From positions 1 to 39,590 of the IMG/VR virus record IMGVR_UViG_3300023252_000179: 39,590 bases of DNA; one strand, given 5' to 3'. Both the position numbers and the translations under genes were made by a program. Position 1 is the first letter of the stretch. Each line of letters opens with the position of its first letter. Below are positions 8,374 to 17,862 of this stretch, in pieces. The notes below the pieces were generated by a model. It searched no databases, was not told where the DNA came from, and saw only the letters and a program-made list of their open reading frames with translations. The DNA is from a virus. Lineage: Duplodnaviria > Caudoviricetes.

Positions 8374-9074
8374 TGATCCAAATCAAAACTCTAGCAACAG
8401 GAAGTAAGGGGAATTGCTATCACATTACAGACGGTAGCACCCCTCTACTCCTAGAGTGTGGTATCAGCTTCAAACAGATACAGCAGGGCGTTAATTTTGA
8501 GACTTCAAGCCTTAGTGGTGTACTTATTACCCATGAACACAAAGACCACTGTAAAGGCGTGGAATCGGTGTTAAATCGTGGGTTAGATGTTTATATGTCA
8601 AAAGGTACTCAAGAGGCTTTGCAGCTACAGCATCACCGTATTAATACAGTCGAAAGTAAGAAGCAATTTAGGGTAGGCACATGGACGATATTGCCGTTTG
8701 ATGTACAGCACGATGTAAATGAGCCGTTAGGTTTTTTGCTACAGTCAGACAACGGTAGCAAGCTGTTATTCGCAACAGATACTTACTATGTGAAATATCG
8801 ATTTACAGGTCTAACTCACATCATGATTGAGTGTAATTACGACCAGCAAACATTGGACGACAACGTAGAAAGTGGCCGTATTCATCCAGCAATGCGAAAA
8901 CGAGTTATGAGGTCACATTTTAGCTTAGAAAACCTACTCGAATTTTTTAGGGCAAACGATTTGAGCAAGGTTGAGGAAATACATCTACTGCACTTATCAG
9001 ATGGCAATAGCAACGTAGATCGTATCTTTAAAGCAGTTGCAAGGGCAACAGGCAAGATGATTTTTATTCCGTAG
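8373..9074 (+). CDS. Metallo-beta-lactamase-fold nuclease/hydrolase
   Basis: GSKGN, THEHKDH, HD, ATDT, LLHLS motifs. Confidence 0.9.
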   Translation: MIQIKTLATGSKGNCYHITDGSTPLLLECGISFKQIQQGVNFETSSLSGVLITHEHKDHCKGVESVLNRGLDVYMSKGTQEALQLQHHRINTVESKKQFRVGTWTILPFDVQHDVNEPLGFLLQSDNGSKLLFATDTYYVKYRFTGLTHIMIECNYDQQTLDDNVESGRIHPAMRKRVMRSHFSLENLLEFFRANDLSKVEEIHLLHLSDGNSNVDRIFKAVARATGKMIFIP

Positions 9075-9089
9075 GAGGGGCAAGGGCAA

Positions 9090-9869
9090 ATGGCTGAAAG
9101 AAATTTCAAGGGCGTATGGATTCCGAAAGAAATATGGCTAGCAAAGGAATTAGGGTGGTCGGAAAAAGTACTACTGGTGGAAATTGATTCATTAGACGGT
9201 GAGAATGGTTGTTTTGCATCTAATGAGTATTTGGCCGACTTTTTCAAACTATCAAAAGACCGCATTTCCAAGATGATTTCTAGTTTGAGAGATAAGGGAT
9301 ATATAACGGTTCAGCTTGTATATAAAGAGGGCACAAAACAAATTGATAAACGAATTATTCGCATTGTACGGCAACCATACCCTATAGGCGAAAACACCGA
9401 TACCCCTAGTCGAAAACAACGAGAGGGTCTAGGTGAAAACACCGATACCCCTATAGGCGAAAACGCCGAGGATAATAATACAGTAATTAATAATACATCT
9501 AATAATACAAGAGACAAAGACAGACAGTCGTCTAGTCCACTCATAAATATGAATTTCGAACCTATTAAACAACTATTTGAAAGCAATGTTCGTATCGCAA
9601 CATTGGCTGATTGCAACAACATACATGAATCACTGGAATTTTACGAACCAGAACTTATTAAAGAAGCAATCCTAACTGGATCTAACAGTGCTCGAAGCTT
9701 TAAGTACATTCTTTCGATTTTAGATAACTGGCGTAAAGAGCTTGGTGTAAAAACATACGCAGATTGGCAGGTGAAGATAGATGCAAAAAACGGACGACAG
9801 AATGGCAGCAGTAATGGAGGAGCTTCAAGCACGAAGCCAACTGTATTCGGAAACTATTGTAGCGATTGA
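9090..9869 (+). CDS. Phage replication initiator (N-terminal wHTH, DnaD-like C-terminus)
   Basis: CFASNEYLA wHTH; FKYILSILDNW DnaD-like motif; internal iterons. Confidence 0.88.
   Translation: MAERNFKGVWIPKEIWLAKELGWSEKVLLVEIDSLDGENGCFASNEYLADFFKLSKDRISKMISSLRDKGYITVQLVYKEGTKQIDKRIIRIVRQPYPIGENTDTPSRKQREGLGENTDTPIGENAEDNNTVINNTSNNTRDKDRQSSSPLINMNFEPIKQLFESNVRIATLADCNNIHESLEFYEPELIKEAILTGSNSARSFKYILSILDNWRKELGVKTYADWQVKIDAKNGRQNGSSNGGASSTKPTVFGNYCSD
9385..9510 (+). repeat. Probable replication origin: four 16-bp iterons plus AT-rich tract
   Basis: TAGKYGAAAACRMCGA at 9385, 9407, 9430 and 9454 (22-24 bp period), followed by AT-rich 9471-9510. Confidence 0.8.
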
Positions 9870-10623
9870 AGAAACTAACTACAACTGTCCAAAGTGTAAG
9901 GATACTGGCAGTTACTTAGTCCGCAAAAAGAATGGCTACTATATCCGAGGTGTTGAAGTTGAGCAGGACTATTATGTCGAATGCGAATGTAGCAAGATGC
10001 TCAAGATTAATAGACTCATTAAATCGAGTGCCATTACAGAAGAGTTTCAGAAAATGAGCCTTAAAAACTTCTCGACAGATAATGTTCATCCGAAAGTTGT
10101 TGAAATGAAAAGTAAGGCAAAACAGTACTATGCAGCCTTTGAAGAGATTAGAGGTTTCAGACAGAACAGCATCATGCTTATTGGACAACCTGGTTGTGGC
10201 AAGACGCATCTATTAACCGCCATATCTAACTACCTGATGCATGCAAAACAAGTGCCTGTTCTGTACTTCCCATATAAAGATGGCATGAACAATATCGCTG
10301 CTAACAACTTTGAACGAAAGAACGAAATTATGGATCGGATGAAAGAGGTTGATGTCCTGTTCATAGACGATTTGTTCAAGCCGATTGGCGGAAAAGTCGA
10401 TGTGAAAACGTGGCAGACCGAGGTCATCTTTGAAGTAGTCAACTATCGCTATCTGAACAACAAACCGTTACTAATATCCAGCGAGTTATCTCTGGACGAC
10501 ATGCTTTATATTGACGAGGCGCTTACAAGTAGGCTGTTTGAAATGGCTCAAGATTTCACGGTAACGATTCCAAAGGATATGAAAGTGAATTACCGATTAC
10601 GCAAGGTATTTGAAAATAGATAG
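9781..10623 (+). CDS. DnaC/IstB-like helicase loader ATPase
   Basis: CPKC...CEC zinc motif, GQPGCGKTHL, LFIDD; exact start uncertain. Confidence 0.9.
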   Translation: MQKTDDRMAAVMEELQARSQLYSETIVAIEETNYNCPKCKDTGSYLVRKKNGYYIRGVEVEQDYYVECECSKMLKINRLIKSSAITEEFQKMSLKNFSTDNVHPKVVEMKSKAKQYYAAFEEIRGFRQNSIMLIGQPGCGKTHLLTAISNYLMHAKQVPVLYFPYKDGMNNIAANNFERKNEIMDRMKEVDVLFIDDLFKPIGGKVDVKTWQTEVIFEVVNYRYLNNKPLLISSELSLDDMLYIDEALTSRLFEMAQDFTVTIPKDMKVNYRLRKVFENR

Positions 10624-10658
10624 AGGGGCGAACAGCCCCTTGATTGGAGGGTGAAGGG

Positions 10659-11039
10659 ATGGCAACAAATAAAATTGAACGGGTAGAAATCATCAATAAG
10701 TTAATTAAGTTCATTTCAGAACGTGGTCGTCGTTTCTTCTATTCTGGTTCAAATGACAGAACAGCTTCAATGATTTTGAAGAAAAATCGAGTTTATATTG
10801 TGGACCATAGAACAGGCCAAGAAGTTTATGCATATGAGGGGTTCTCGCATAAAGGGTTTTCGCATGGAGGTACATTGTGGGCGTTGGTATGTGACTTTTC
10901 TTTCTTTATTCGCACAGGTAAAAGTGCAAACGGTAAACATGGTTACGGTGGATTAAATAGTGGCGGTTGGGGCCATAGCGATGAAATTCAAAAAGAAATA
11001 ATCGATTTTGCCAAAGAGATTGGCTATTTGAAGGGGTGA
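10659..11039 (+). CDS. Hypothetical phage protein
   Basis: RBS GGAGGGTG, ATG 10659. Confidence 0.7.
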   Translation: MATNKIERVEIINKLIKFISERGRRFFYSGSNDRTASMILKKNRVYIVDHRTGQEVYAYEGFSHKGFSHGGTLWALVCDFSFFIRTGKSANGKHGYGGLNSGGWGHSDEIQKEIIDFAKEIGYLKG

Positions 11040-11045
11040 AACGAA

Positions 11046-11255
11046 ATGAATCCAGTATTTTTAGGCTTTGGAGTTATACCATACGCAATCATTATTTGGC
11101 ACATGGATGGTCAAGCAGAACACAGAACGATTTGTGGAGATGAGCAAGATATCCAAGACATGCTCAAGCGTCATCAAACTGAGGGGGATTTTTACAGCCG
11201 ATATGATGCGGCTAAGGTTTACTATCCAGAACAGAGAAAGGAAATGATTGCATGA
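11046..11255 (+). CDS. Hypothetical phage protein
   Basis: RBS AAGGGGTG; ATGA overlap with the next gene. Confidence 0.65.
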   Translation: MNPVFLGFGVIPYAIIIWHMDGQAEHRTICGDEQDIQDMLKRHQTEGDFYSRYDAAKVYYPEQRKEMIA

Positions 11256-11638
11256 GTAGAGAGATTAAGTTTCGGGCATGGGAAGCGAGAGTGAAAAAAT
11301 ATATTGATTGGGATAACTTCATGAATAATCCTTTTGGAACTTGGGGGATGAAGGCTATTAATAATGAACGTTATTACTTCCAACAATACACAGGCTTAAA
11401 GGACAAGAACGGCAAAGAGATTTATGAGGGGGATATTTTAAAAACTTCTTCAGTAAGTGGAAAAGGAGACATCATAACAACTATAGAGTGGAGTGAATTT
11501 AGTTGGAAAGAGAAATTAATTTATTCACCTATTCACCAATTTTACGAGTATTTTGATTTCTCAGATGAAACTGGTGTAGATTCCGAAATCATCGGCAACA
11601 TCTACGAAAACCCTGAACTACTGGAGGCAACAGCATGA
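11252..11638 (+). CDS. YopX-family protein
   Basis: REIKFRAW...[18 protein letters not shown]...[11 protein letters not shown] signature. Confidence 0.93.
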   Translation: MSREIKFRAWEARVKKYIDWDNFMNNPFGTWGMKAINNERYYFQQYTGLKDKNGKEIYEGDILKTSSVSGKGDIITTIEWSEFSWKEKLIYSPIHQFYEYFDFSDETGVDSEIIGNIYENPELLEATA

Positions 11639-12147
11639 TAAACCGAGTTGTGATAGTTGGCCGACTTACTAAAGATCCTGAGCTTCGATATACACCAAAC
11701 GGAATTGCATCATGTCGTTTCACAGTTGCAGTCAACCGTACATTTAAAGGACAGAACGGTGAACAGGAAGCCGACTTCATAAATTGCCAGGCATGGCGCA
11801 AACAAGCCGAGAATCTAGCCAACTTCATGAAGAAAGGTAATTTAATAGGTTTGGAAGGGCGAATCCAAACAGGCAGCTATGAGGGGCAAGATGGCAAGCG
11901 AGTTTTTACTACTGACGTTGTAGCAGATAGCATTCAGTTTTTAGAACAGCGATCAAACAGCACAGGAGGCGCACAGAACACACCAAACTATCAATCTAGT
12001 ACAAATACAGGTGGAACGAATCAAACGCCACCACAGGGCAATTATGGCGGTAATAATAACCAGCCAAGTTATACGAGAGTGGATGAAGATCCATTTGCTA
12101 ATAGTAAGGGGCCGATTGAGGTTAGTGAGGACGATTTACCATTTTGA
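11635..12147 (+). CDS. ssb: Single-stranded DNA-binding protein
   Basis: [20 protein letters not shown] and DDLPF tail. Confidence 0.97.
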   Translation: MINRVVIVGRLTKDPELRYTPNGIASCRFTVAVNRTFKGQNGEQEADFINCQAWRKQAENLANFMKKGNLIGLEGRIQTGSYEGQDGKRVFTTDVVADSIQFLEQRSNSTGGAQNTPNYQSSTNTGGTNQTPPQGNYGGNNNQPSYTRVDEDPFANSKGPIEVSEDDLPF

Positions 12148-12158
12148 GGTAATTAGGA

Positions 12159-12341
12159 GTGATAAACATGGCGCAACTAAGAAAAATCTCCAAGGCTAGA
12201 ACATCAAGAGAATTAAGAAGAATGATAGCTGATGATACCGATAGAGGTTGGAGTGTAGGTAGTGAAGTGAAATACTTACCGGAATTTGCACGATCGTATC
12301 AAGTGTTAATGATATTTAATACTGAAAGCGAGGAAGCGTAA
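12159..12341 (+). CDS. Hypothetical phage protein
   Basis: Operon-packed ORF with RBS; start may be ATG 12168. Confidence 0.6.
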   Translation: MINMAQLRKISKARTSRELRRMIADDTDRGWSVGSEVKYLPEFARSYQVLMIFNTESEEA

Positions 12342-12466
12342 TGAAAAAGGGCAGCGAATTATTTGCGAAAGTCAAAATACACAAATTACGTGGTGAAAAG
12401 CCTACGGTCATTGAATTTAATGGGGAACGTTACGTAAAGGATAATCAGAATGTTGGGGGTAAATGA
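12341..12466 (+). CDS. Small hypothetical protein (41 aa, MKKGSELFAKVK...), not in the ORF track
   Basis: TAATG overlap upstream, ATGA overlap downstream, GAGG RBS. Confidence 0.6.
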   Translation: MKKGSELFAKVKIHKLRGEKPTVIEFNGERYVKDNQNVGGK

Positions 12467-13044
12467 TGATGGATTTAACAAAATTATTCGAAACACAGGC
12501 AGCATTGGACGAACACATCATGCTGGAGCATCCAGAATTACGAGGACAAAACAATCTGGATTGGAAACTACTAGCGCTACAAGTTGAGCTAGGCGAATGT
12601 GCGAATGAATGGCGTGGATTTAAGAAATGGAGTACGGACCAGAAACCACGAACAGAAGTATTAACTAACAACCCAGATAAAACTGACAAAAATAAACCAT
12701 GGTTAATGCGGAATTTCCTTCTTGAAGAGTATGCAGATGTTCTGAGTTTCGTTTTATCTATCGGCAATGAAATGCAAGAAAGTCTAGATTTATTTGGATA
12801 TTTATTATCTGAGAAGTACAAACAAGAAATACGTTATGCCGAAATGGATGTATGTGACCAATTCAGAAAACTATTTAGATCAATATCACTGTTAGACATG
12901 CATAGAAATATGGTGAATTTCGGTGAAGTGCTAGCTGATTTGATGGGGTTAGGTAAAGTGCTAAGATTTACAACTGACCAAATTGAAATTGCTTACTACG
13001 CTAAGAATAAGGTCAACCATGAGCGTCAGGAGAGTGGGTATTGA
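12463..13044 (+). CDS. dut: Dimeric (all-alpha) dUTPase
   Basis: ALQVELGECANEWRGFKKWS, LLEEYAD, KNKVNHERQESGY. Confidence 0.9.
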   Translation: MMMDLTKLFETQAALDEHIMLEHPELRGQNNLDWKLLALQVELGECANEWRGFKKWSTDQKPRTEVLTNNPDKTDKNKPWLMRNFLLEEYADVLSFVLSIGNEMQESLDLFGYLLSEKYKQEIRYAEMDVCDQFRKLFRSISLLDMHRNMVNFGEVLADLMGLGKVLRFTTDQIEIAYYAKNKVNHERQESGY

Positions 13045-13331
13045 TGAAGGCATACTCCGTTACAGAATGTGTGAGTTGGGAAAGAAGTACATTAGTATTT
13101 GCTGAAACAGCCAATGAAGCTAAAACGCGAGCTTTATGTGATGAAAATTTTGATGGTATTGCTTATACAGATTTAAGAGTGAATCGAGCTAAGTACGCTG
13201 ATGGTCATGAAAATGATAGTGAACGTGACTTGATGATTCTTAAAATTCGCAACGGATGGTGGTACGAAATAGATGGTCAATACATCGATTCAAATAACAT
13301 TAACGAAGCAATAGCAAACGGTTGGATTTAA
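13041..13331 (+). CDS. Hypothetical phage protein
   Basis: LVFAETANEAK motif common in small phage proteins; overlaps dut stop. Confidence 0.65.
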   Translation: MMKAYSVTECVSWERSTLVFAETANEAKTRALCDENFDGIAYTDLRVNRAKYADGHENDSERDLMILKIRNGWWYEIDGQYIDSNNINEAIANGWI

Positions 13332-13407
13332 CTAAATACACGCTGCTGGTAGAACAGCATTAGATTTTTTTATCAGCAGATGAAAAAGAGTGCTAATAGG
13401 AGGCAAC

Positions 13408-13824
13408 ATGAGTAAAGCGAAATACGGAAACAAAAAAGTTGTACATGACGGAATTACATTCGATTCAGCATTAGAAGCAAAGTATTACGATTACTTGAAA
13501 CACCAACAAGCACAAGGCATTGTGACAGCCTTTGAATTACAGCCAAGGTTCGTATTGTTGCCCAAGTTCGAAAAGAACGGCAAGAAATATCGTGAGATTG
13601 GTTACAATGCGGATTTTACTGTTCATTATGCAGATGGTCATACAGAAGTAGTTGACATCAAGGGGATGGTTACACAGCAATTTGAATTAAGGAAGAAGTT
13701 ATTTGAATATCGTTATCCGCATGAATTAAAGCTTCTAACGTATTCAAAGATTGATGGTGGTTGGATAACTCATGATGAACTAAAAAAGGCTAGGAAAGTA
13801 CGTAAAGAGTCTAAAGTCGGGTGA
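13408..13824 (+). CDS. DUF1064-family PD-(D/E)xK nuclease, putative resolvase
   Basis: KYGNKKV..DGITFDS..EA and YNADF...VVDIKG; AGGAGG RBS before ATG 13408. Confidence 0.87.
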   Translation: MSKAKYGNKKVVHDGITFDSALEAKYYDYLKHQQAQGIVTAFELQPRFVLLPKFEKNGKKYREIGYNADFTVHYADGHTEVVDIKGMVTQQFELRKKLFEYRYPHELKLLTYSKIDGGWITHDELKKARKVRKESKVG

Positions 13825-13828
13825 TGAA

Positions 13829-14038
13829 ATGAACACAGTACGCAAGGAAGTTAAACAACGCAGAGCCCGCCTAATCAATCAGCAGGACCACATAGCTTTT
13901 CTCAAATGCAAAAGGTGTCCGAAGCGTAAGGCTTATGATCCTAGTAAGAAATGCAGAGGATGCAAGGTTTATAGAGAACTAAGAGGAATTGGTAAAGAGC
14001 TAGAGCAGATTAGTCGGTTGCGTAAGTGGACTAGGTGA
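13829..14038 (+). CDS. Small basic zinc-finger protein
   Basis: CKRC...CRGC followed by LRGIGKEL. Confidence 0.7.
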   Translation: MNTVRKEVKQRRARLINQQDHIAFLKCKRCPKRKAYDPSKKCRGCKVYRELRGIGKELEQISRLRKWTR

Positions 14039-14093
14039 GTATTTGAAAGTTATTGTTCAGTAGCAATAAAAAAAGCGTTGCAATAAAGCAACG

Positions 14094-14282
14094 CTAGGTT
14101 TGTTTAATCTTAGAGAATTTTACAACACTAAACACAAAGCCTATCAATCCGCTAATAAAGAAAATATATGCTACTGGTATTGACATTGCTTCTAAGTTAT
14201 TTGTAAAGATTCTATATGCTCCTACTGAACATAATGCCAAACCACTTACCGAGCTAAGCAATGTTCTATTCTTTTCAGTCAA
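14094..14282 (-). CDS. Small two-helix membrane protein (moron)
   Basis: GGAGGTG RBS, TTG start, two hydrophobic segments, own terminator at 14068-14096. Confidence 0.7.
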   Translation of the reverse strand: MTEKNRTLLSSVSGLALCSVGAYRIFTNNLEAMSIPVAYIFFISGLIGFVFSVVKFSKIKQT

Positions 14283-14382
14283 AAAACCACCTCCAAATAT
14301 TGGTATATAAAATATGTTAACACAACTTTTATTTTTAGTTAACTAATATTTGAAGGTTTTAATGTCATGAAAACAAAAAAGC

Positions 14383-14414
14383 TTACTGAACAATATGAAG
14401 ATATTGTTCAGTAA
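14383..14414. repeat. 13-6-13 palindrome with half-site copies at 14051-14062 and 15210-15219
   Basis: TTACTGAACAATA-TGAAGA-TATTGTTCAGTAA. Confidence 0.8.
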
Positions 14415-14522
14415 ATGTAGCGTGCATAAATATGAAAAGAAAAAGGAGTAATTCCAACAAGGTTAATCACTCCTACAAAACTATTTTTTTGAAGTTTTAA
14501 TACAAAGAGAGTCTTTATATCT

Positions 14523-15068
14523 CTATACAATCGGACTTAACAATTTAAGGATAATAGAAGCATTTACGTTAGTTTGTGTGCCTCCTGCTAAAGTTTGAAG
14601 GATTACTGCTGCAGCGGAGGAATGATTTCTAAGTGTAAGTATACCGCCAGACGGTATAGCAATTATTGCCTGACCATTGTTTTGTTGAGTACCAGCACCT
14701 GAACCATAAACTGTTTCTGGAATCGGTACACCATTTAAAAATAATGTGAATTGGTTAGGTTCAACACCTGAGACGCTGAAAGTAACCTCGTAGATTCCTG
14801 GTCTTGTAACAAAAATTTCAGAGGTTCCAGGAACATGCGTAATTCCCGGAGTAACTATACCTGTTGAATCAAAAATAATATCTGCTTCTACAGCTACAGT
14901 TTCAGGACCTAGATTATATATATATCCATATTCGCAAAGACCACTACAAGGTGTTGGTATTATAGGAGGAATAGCGCCAGTAATTCCACAGAGATCAACA
15001 GCTCTGAAGGGTCCCGATTGGCTTCCGCATAAGCAAGAACGTTTATTACAGTTACTACAGTTATCCAT
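14523..15068 (-). CDS. BclA C-terminal-domain-like (exosporium/spore surface) protein without collagen repeats (moron)
   Basis: GIYEVTFSVSGVEPNQFTLFLNG...YGSGAGTQQNNGQAII...NVNASI; Cys-rich N-terminus; GGAGGTG RBS. Confidence 0.75.
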   Translation of the reverse strand: MDNCSNCNKRSCLCGSQSGPFRAVDLCGITGAIPPIIPTPCSGLCEYGYIYNLGPETVAVEADIIFDSTGIVTPGITHVPGTSEIFVTRPGIYEVTFSVSGVEPNQFTLFLNGVPIPETVYGSGAGTQQNNGQAIIAIPSGGILTLRNHSSAAAVILQTLAGGTQTNVNASIILKLLSPIV

Positions 15069-15464
15069 TTTTTCACCTCCATTTGTAGTATTTTATTCGC
15101 TTGAAATATCAAGTAGAGGGCCATTGGCTACAAACTAGTAATTTTGTTTATTTTAATATTGATGTTTTAAAGAAAATTGGTAGCATTGTTAAACCATTTT
15201 AAATAAAGGTTACTGAACATTTGAGGAAATAAATTAAAAAAGGATCACTGAGCTGTGACCCAAAATTGAGGGAGGTAGTGACTGTCAACTAGCGCCACAA
15301 CCAAATAAGTGCGTGCGATACACTCAATGTTAAAATGTGCAGATTTAAGTTACCTATACATTAAAAAAGCCGCAGCGTTTGCAGACGCTACAGCTCGAAT
15401 TGGTTTATGCCCTTTTAAGACAATCTGGTACATGTATTATAACACACTTAGGAGGGCAAACCTA

Positions 15465-15902
15465 ATGGGCAAACAAGGGCAAATTAAAGTTACGAAAGAG
15501 AATTTACTTCAGTGGATTGAGAATTATCGTTGGATGGTTGAAACAATTGAGGAAGCAAGACAGCCGGTAGCTAAGGTCAATAACAACAGTTACATTGGGG
15601 CTAAAACAGCTATGTATGGTATTGAGTCAACATTACCAAAGGCTAGTGGAGGTACAAGTGATCCTGTGTTTACAGAGGTACAACGTCGAGTATATTCTCT
15701 AAATTATCGCATTAAAGAATACGAGGAAAAGATTGCGGAAGTGCAAAACCGCATTCCGTTTGTAGAAGGCGATAGAGAGGTAGAAGTCCTTCATAGATTG
15801 CTAGATGGGGATAGCATGCGTGCTATTGGTAAGCATATGAGATTATCTAGCACGACAATTTTTAGAGTAAGAAATAATATTTTGAGCCAGATGATTAAGT
15901 AG
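15465..15902 (+). CDS. Late transcription activator (ArpU/RinA-like, sigma70 region-4-type HTH)
   Basis: C-terminal HTH (LDGDSMRAIGKHMRLSSTTI); last early gene; AGGAGG RBS before ATG 15465. Confidence 0.8.
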   Translation: MGKQGQIKVTKENLLQWIENYRWMVETIEEARQPVAKVNNNSYIGAKTAMYGIESTLPKASGGTSDPVFTEVQRRVYSLNYRIKEYEEKIAEVQNRIPFVEGDREVEVLHRLLDGDSMRAIGKHMRLSSTTIFRVRNNILSQMIK

Positions 15903-15921
15903 CCTTTTTGGCTACTTTTTT
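15898..15921 (+). terminator. Intrinsic terminator after the late activator
   Basis: AAGTAGCC-TTTTT-GGCTACTT plus T-run. Confidence 0.75.
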
Positions 15922-16027
15922 AATAACATTTGTTCAACAAATGGGCCATATTGCGAAATAAAAGACTTTTATGTAATATTGCCTAACGACGCTTTGGTAA
16001 CTTTCAATGGTTATTTATAAATAATTA

Positions 16028-16128
16028 TAGACAATAGATTTTAAAACATTTATACTTAACTAAGTTAACTTTCATATATCGTTTACATTATTTTTTTTGC
16101 TCAATTAGTTAACTAACTTAACTAATTG
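16028..16128 (+). promoter_or_regulatory. sigA promoter and MarR operator palindromes
   Basis: TAGACA-17-TATACT (16028-16056); TTAACTAAGTTAA (16056-16068); CAATTAGTTAA-N5-TTAACTAATTG (16102-16128). Confidence 0.75.
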
Positions 16129-16151
16129 TTAGAAGGGAGAAGTGAAATGTT

Positions 16152-16574
16152 TTGAAACAAAATCCTGATTTCTTTAATGCGTATAGTTTAGTGCATCGTC
16201 CTTTAACGAATCATACAAATCGTATTTTAGAGAAACATGAATTGTCGAGCTCTTATTGGCGTGTACTACGTATTTTAGAAAAAGCTGAGTCTAAAAACTT
16301 TGGAGACATTACAAATGCATTAATGATAGAAAAACCAGCCTTAACTAAAATCGTTAAAAAGCTTTCAACAATGGGGATTGTAGAAATTCAACGTGGACAA
16401 GATAAACGTGAAAAAATCGTAATGTTAACTGAATTTGGTAAGAAAAAAATTGATGCTATTCGTAGCGAACTTAATCCGTTTTTAGAGGCTGCAATCGAAG
16501 GTTTAAGTCAGGAACAATTAAATAGTGCGATTGAAGTACTAGAAATCATTAAAAAAAATATTACGAAATACTAA
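16152..16574 (+). CDS. MarR-family regulator
   Basis: IEKPALTKIVKKL...DKREKIVMLTEFG winged helix. Confidence 0.9.
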   Translation: MKQNPDFFNAYSLVHRPLTNHTNRILEKHELSSSYWRVLRILEKAESKNFGDITNALMIEKPALTKIVKKLSTMGIVEIQRGQDKREKIVMLTEFGKKKIDAIRSELNPFLEAAIEGLSQEQLNSAIEVLEIIKKNITKY

Positions 16575-16582
16575 GGTGAATT

Positions 16583-17800
16583 ATGGAAAAAATGAAAGAA
16601 AAATTATGGACGAAGGAATTTGTCACATTATCAGTTATCAATTTTGTTACTACAATCGTCTTCTTTTTATTAATGGTGACGATCGCAAAATATGCAGTTA
16701 GTGAATTCAATGTTTCGACGAGTACAGCAGGCTTGGCTTCAAGTATCTTCATTATTGGTTCACTGTTTGGACGTTTAGGTGGAGGTCGAATTATCGGTCA
16801 ATTGGGCAGTAAAAAGACATTATTCTATGGCTTAATTGGCTTTTTAATTACAACGTTACTTTACTTTGCAATATTTAATATTACTTTATTATTAATTTAC
16901 CGTTTATTACAAGGTGTAGCTGTTGGTTTAGTTGGTACTGCAATAGGTACAATTATTGCGCAAATTTTACCAGCCAATCGTCGAGGGGAAGGGATTGGTT
17001 ACTTCAGCTTAAGTGCTATTTTAGCTGCAGCTGTTGGACCATATATTGGTCTTTTACTAATGAAAAACTTTGATGGTTTTAATGTAATCTTTATTTTTAA
17101 TGCCATTTTAGCAGTTGTTGTTTTACTGATGTTCTTCGTAATAAAATTCCCAGAAAGTTTAACAAAACCAGTTCAATCTACTTCAACAACACAAGTACAA
17201 AATACTGGTATCTTATCTAAATTTATTGAGAGACGTGCAGTGCCAATTTCACTTGTTGCACTATTTGTTGGATTAGCCTATTCAGGTGTACTTTCATTTA
17301 TGTCGTTTTATACCGTTGAAATTGACTTAGAAAAAGTTGGTGGCTATTTCTTCTTAATTTACGCAATTGTTGTTATTCTAACACGCCCTGTCACTGGTAA
17401 GCTATTAGACGCGCGAGGCGCAAACATAATTATTTATCCATGCTTAATTATTTTTGCAATCGGTATGTATTTGTTTAGCTCTGCTACTACTTCAATTATT
17501 TTCATTATCGCTGCTATCTTCATCGGTATTGGTTACGGTAACTTTACTTCAGTAGCACAAGCCGTAGCTGTAAAAGAAACACCACGTGAAAGAATGGGCT
17601 TAGCTACTTCAACGTTCTTTATTTTTTATGATATTGGATTAGGCTTTGGTCCCTTTATTTTAGGGAAGCTTATCCCTTCAATGGGTTATCGCTCTATTTT
17701 TGAGTGGATGGTGGTAGTACTTGTAGTTTCATTCGTTTTATATTACTTTTTACACGGAAAAAAGGAATCTAATTCTCGAAAAATACTTACAAATAATTAA
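16583..17800 (+). CDS. MFS efflux transporter
   Basis: About 12 TM segments, motif A-like GRIIGQLGSKK, RRGEGIGYF; substrate unknown. Confidence 0.93.
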   Translation: MEKMKEKLWTKEFVTLSVINFVTTIVFFLLMVTIAKYAVSEFNVSTSTAGLASSIFIIGSLFGRLGGGRIIGQLGSKKTLFYGLIGFLITTLLYFAIFNITLLLIYRLLQGVAVGLVGTAIGTIIAQILPANRRGEGIGYFSLSAILAAAVGPYIGLLLMKNFDGFNVIFIFNAILAVVVLLMFFVIKFPESLTKPVQSTSTTQVQNTGILSKFIERRAVPISLVALFVGLAYSGVLSFMSFYTVEIDLEKVGGYFFLIYAIVVILTRPVTGKLLDARGANIIIYPCLIIFAIGMYLFSSATTSIIFIIAAIFIGIGYGNFTSVAQAVAVKETPRERMGLATSTFFIFYDIGLGFGPFILGKLIPSMGYRSIFEWMVVVLVVSFVLYYFLHGKKESNSRKILTNN

Positions 17801-17862
17801 AAGATTGCCTGCTAATCAATCTATTGAAATTAAGTAGTTAGGATAAAACTCTAACTAAATTA

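Noticed and set aside
14223-14231. Extra TACTGAACA copy inside the small membrane gene
   Set aside because: Short, within coding sequence and without a partner arm; probably chance
15309-15464. N-terminal extension of the late activator, and similar extensions at 3763, 4500, 13390, 18916, 19428, 20266 and 33313
   Set aside because: No RBS at these starts; better SD sequences precede downstream starts and several extensions overlap regulatory structures
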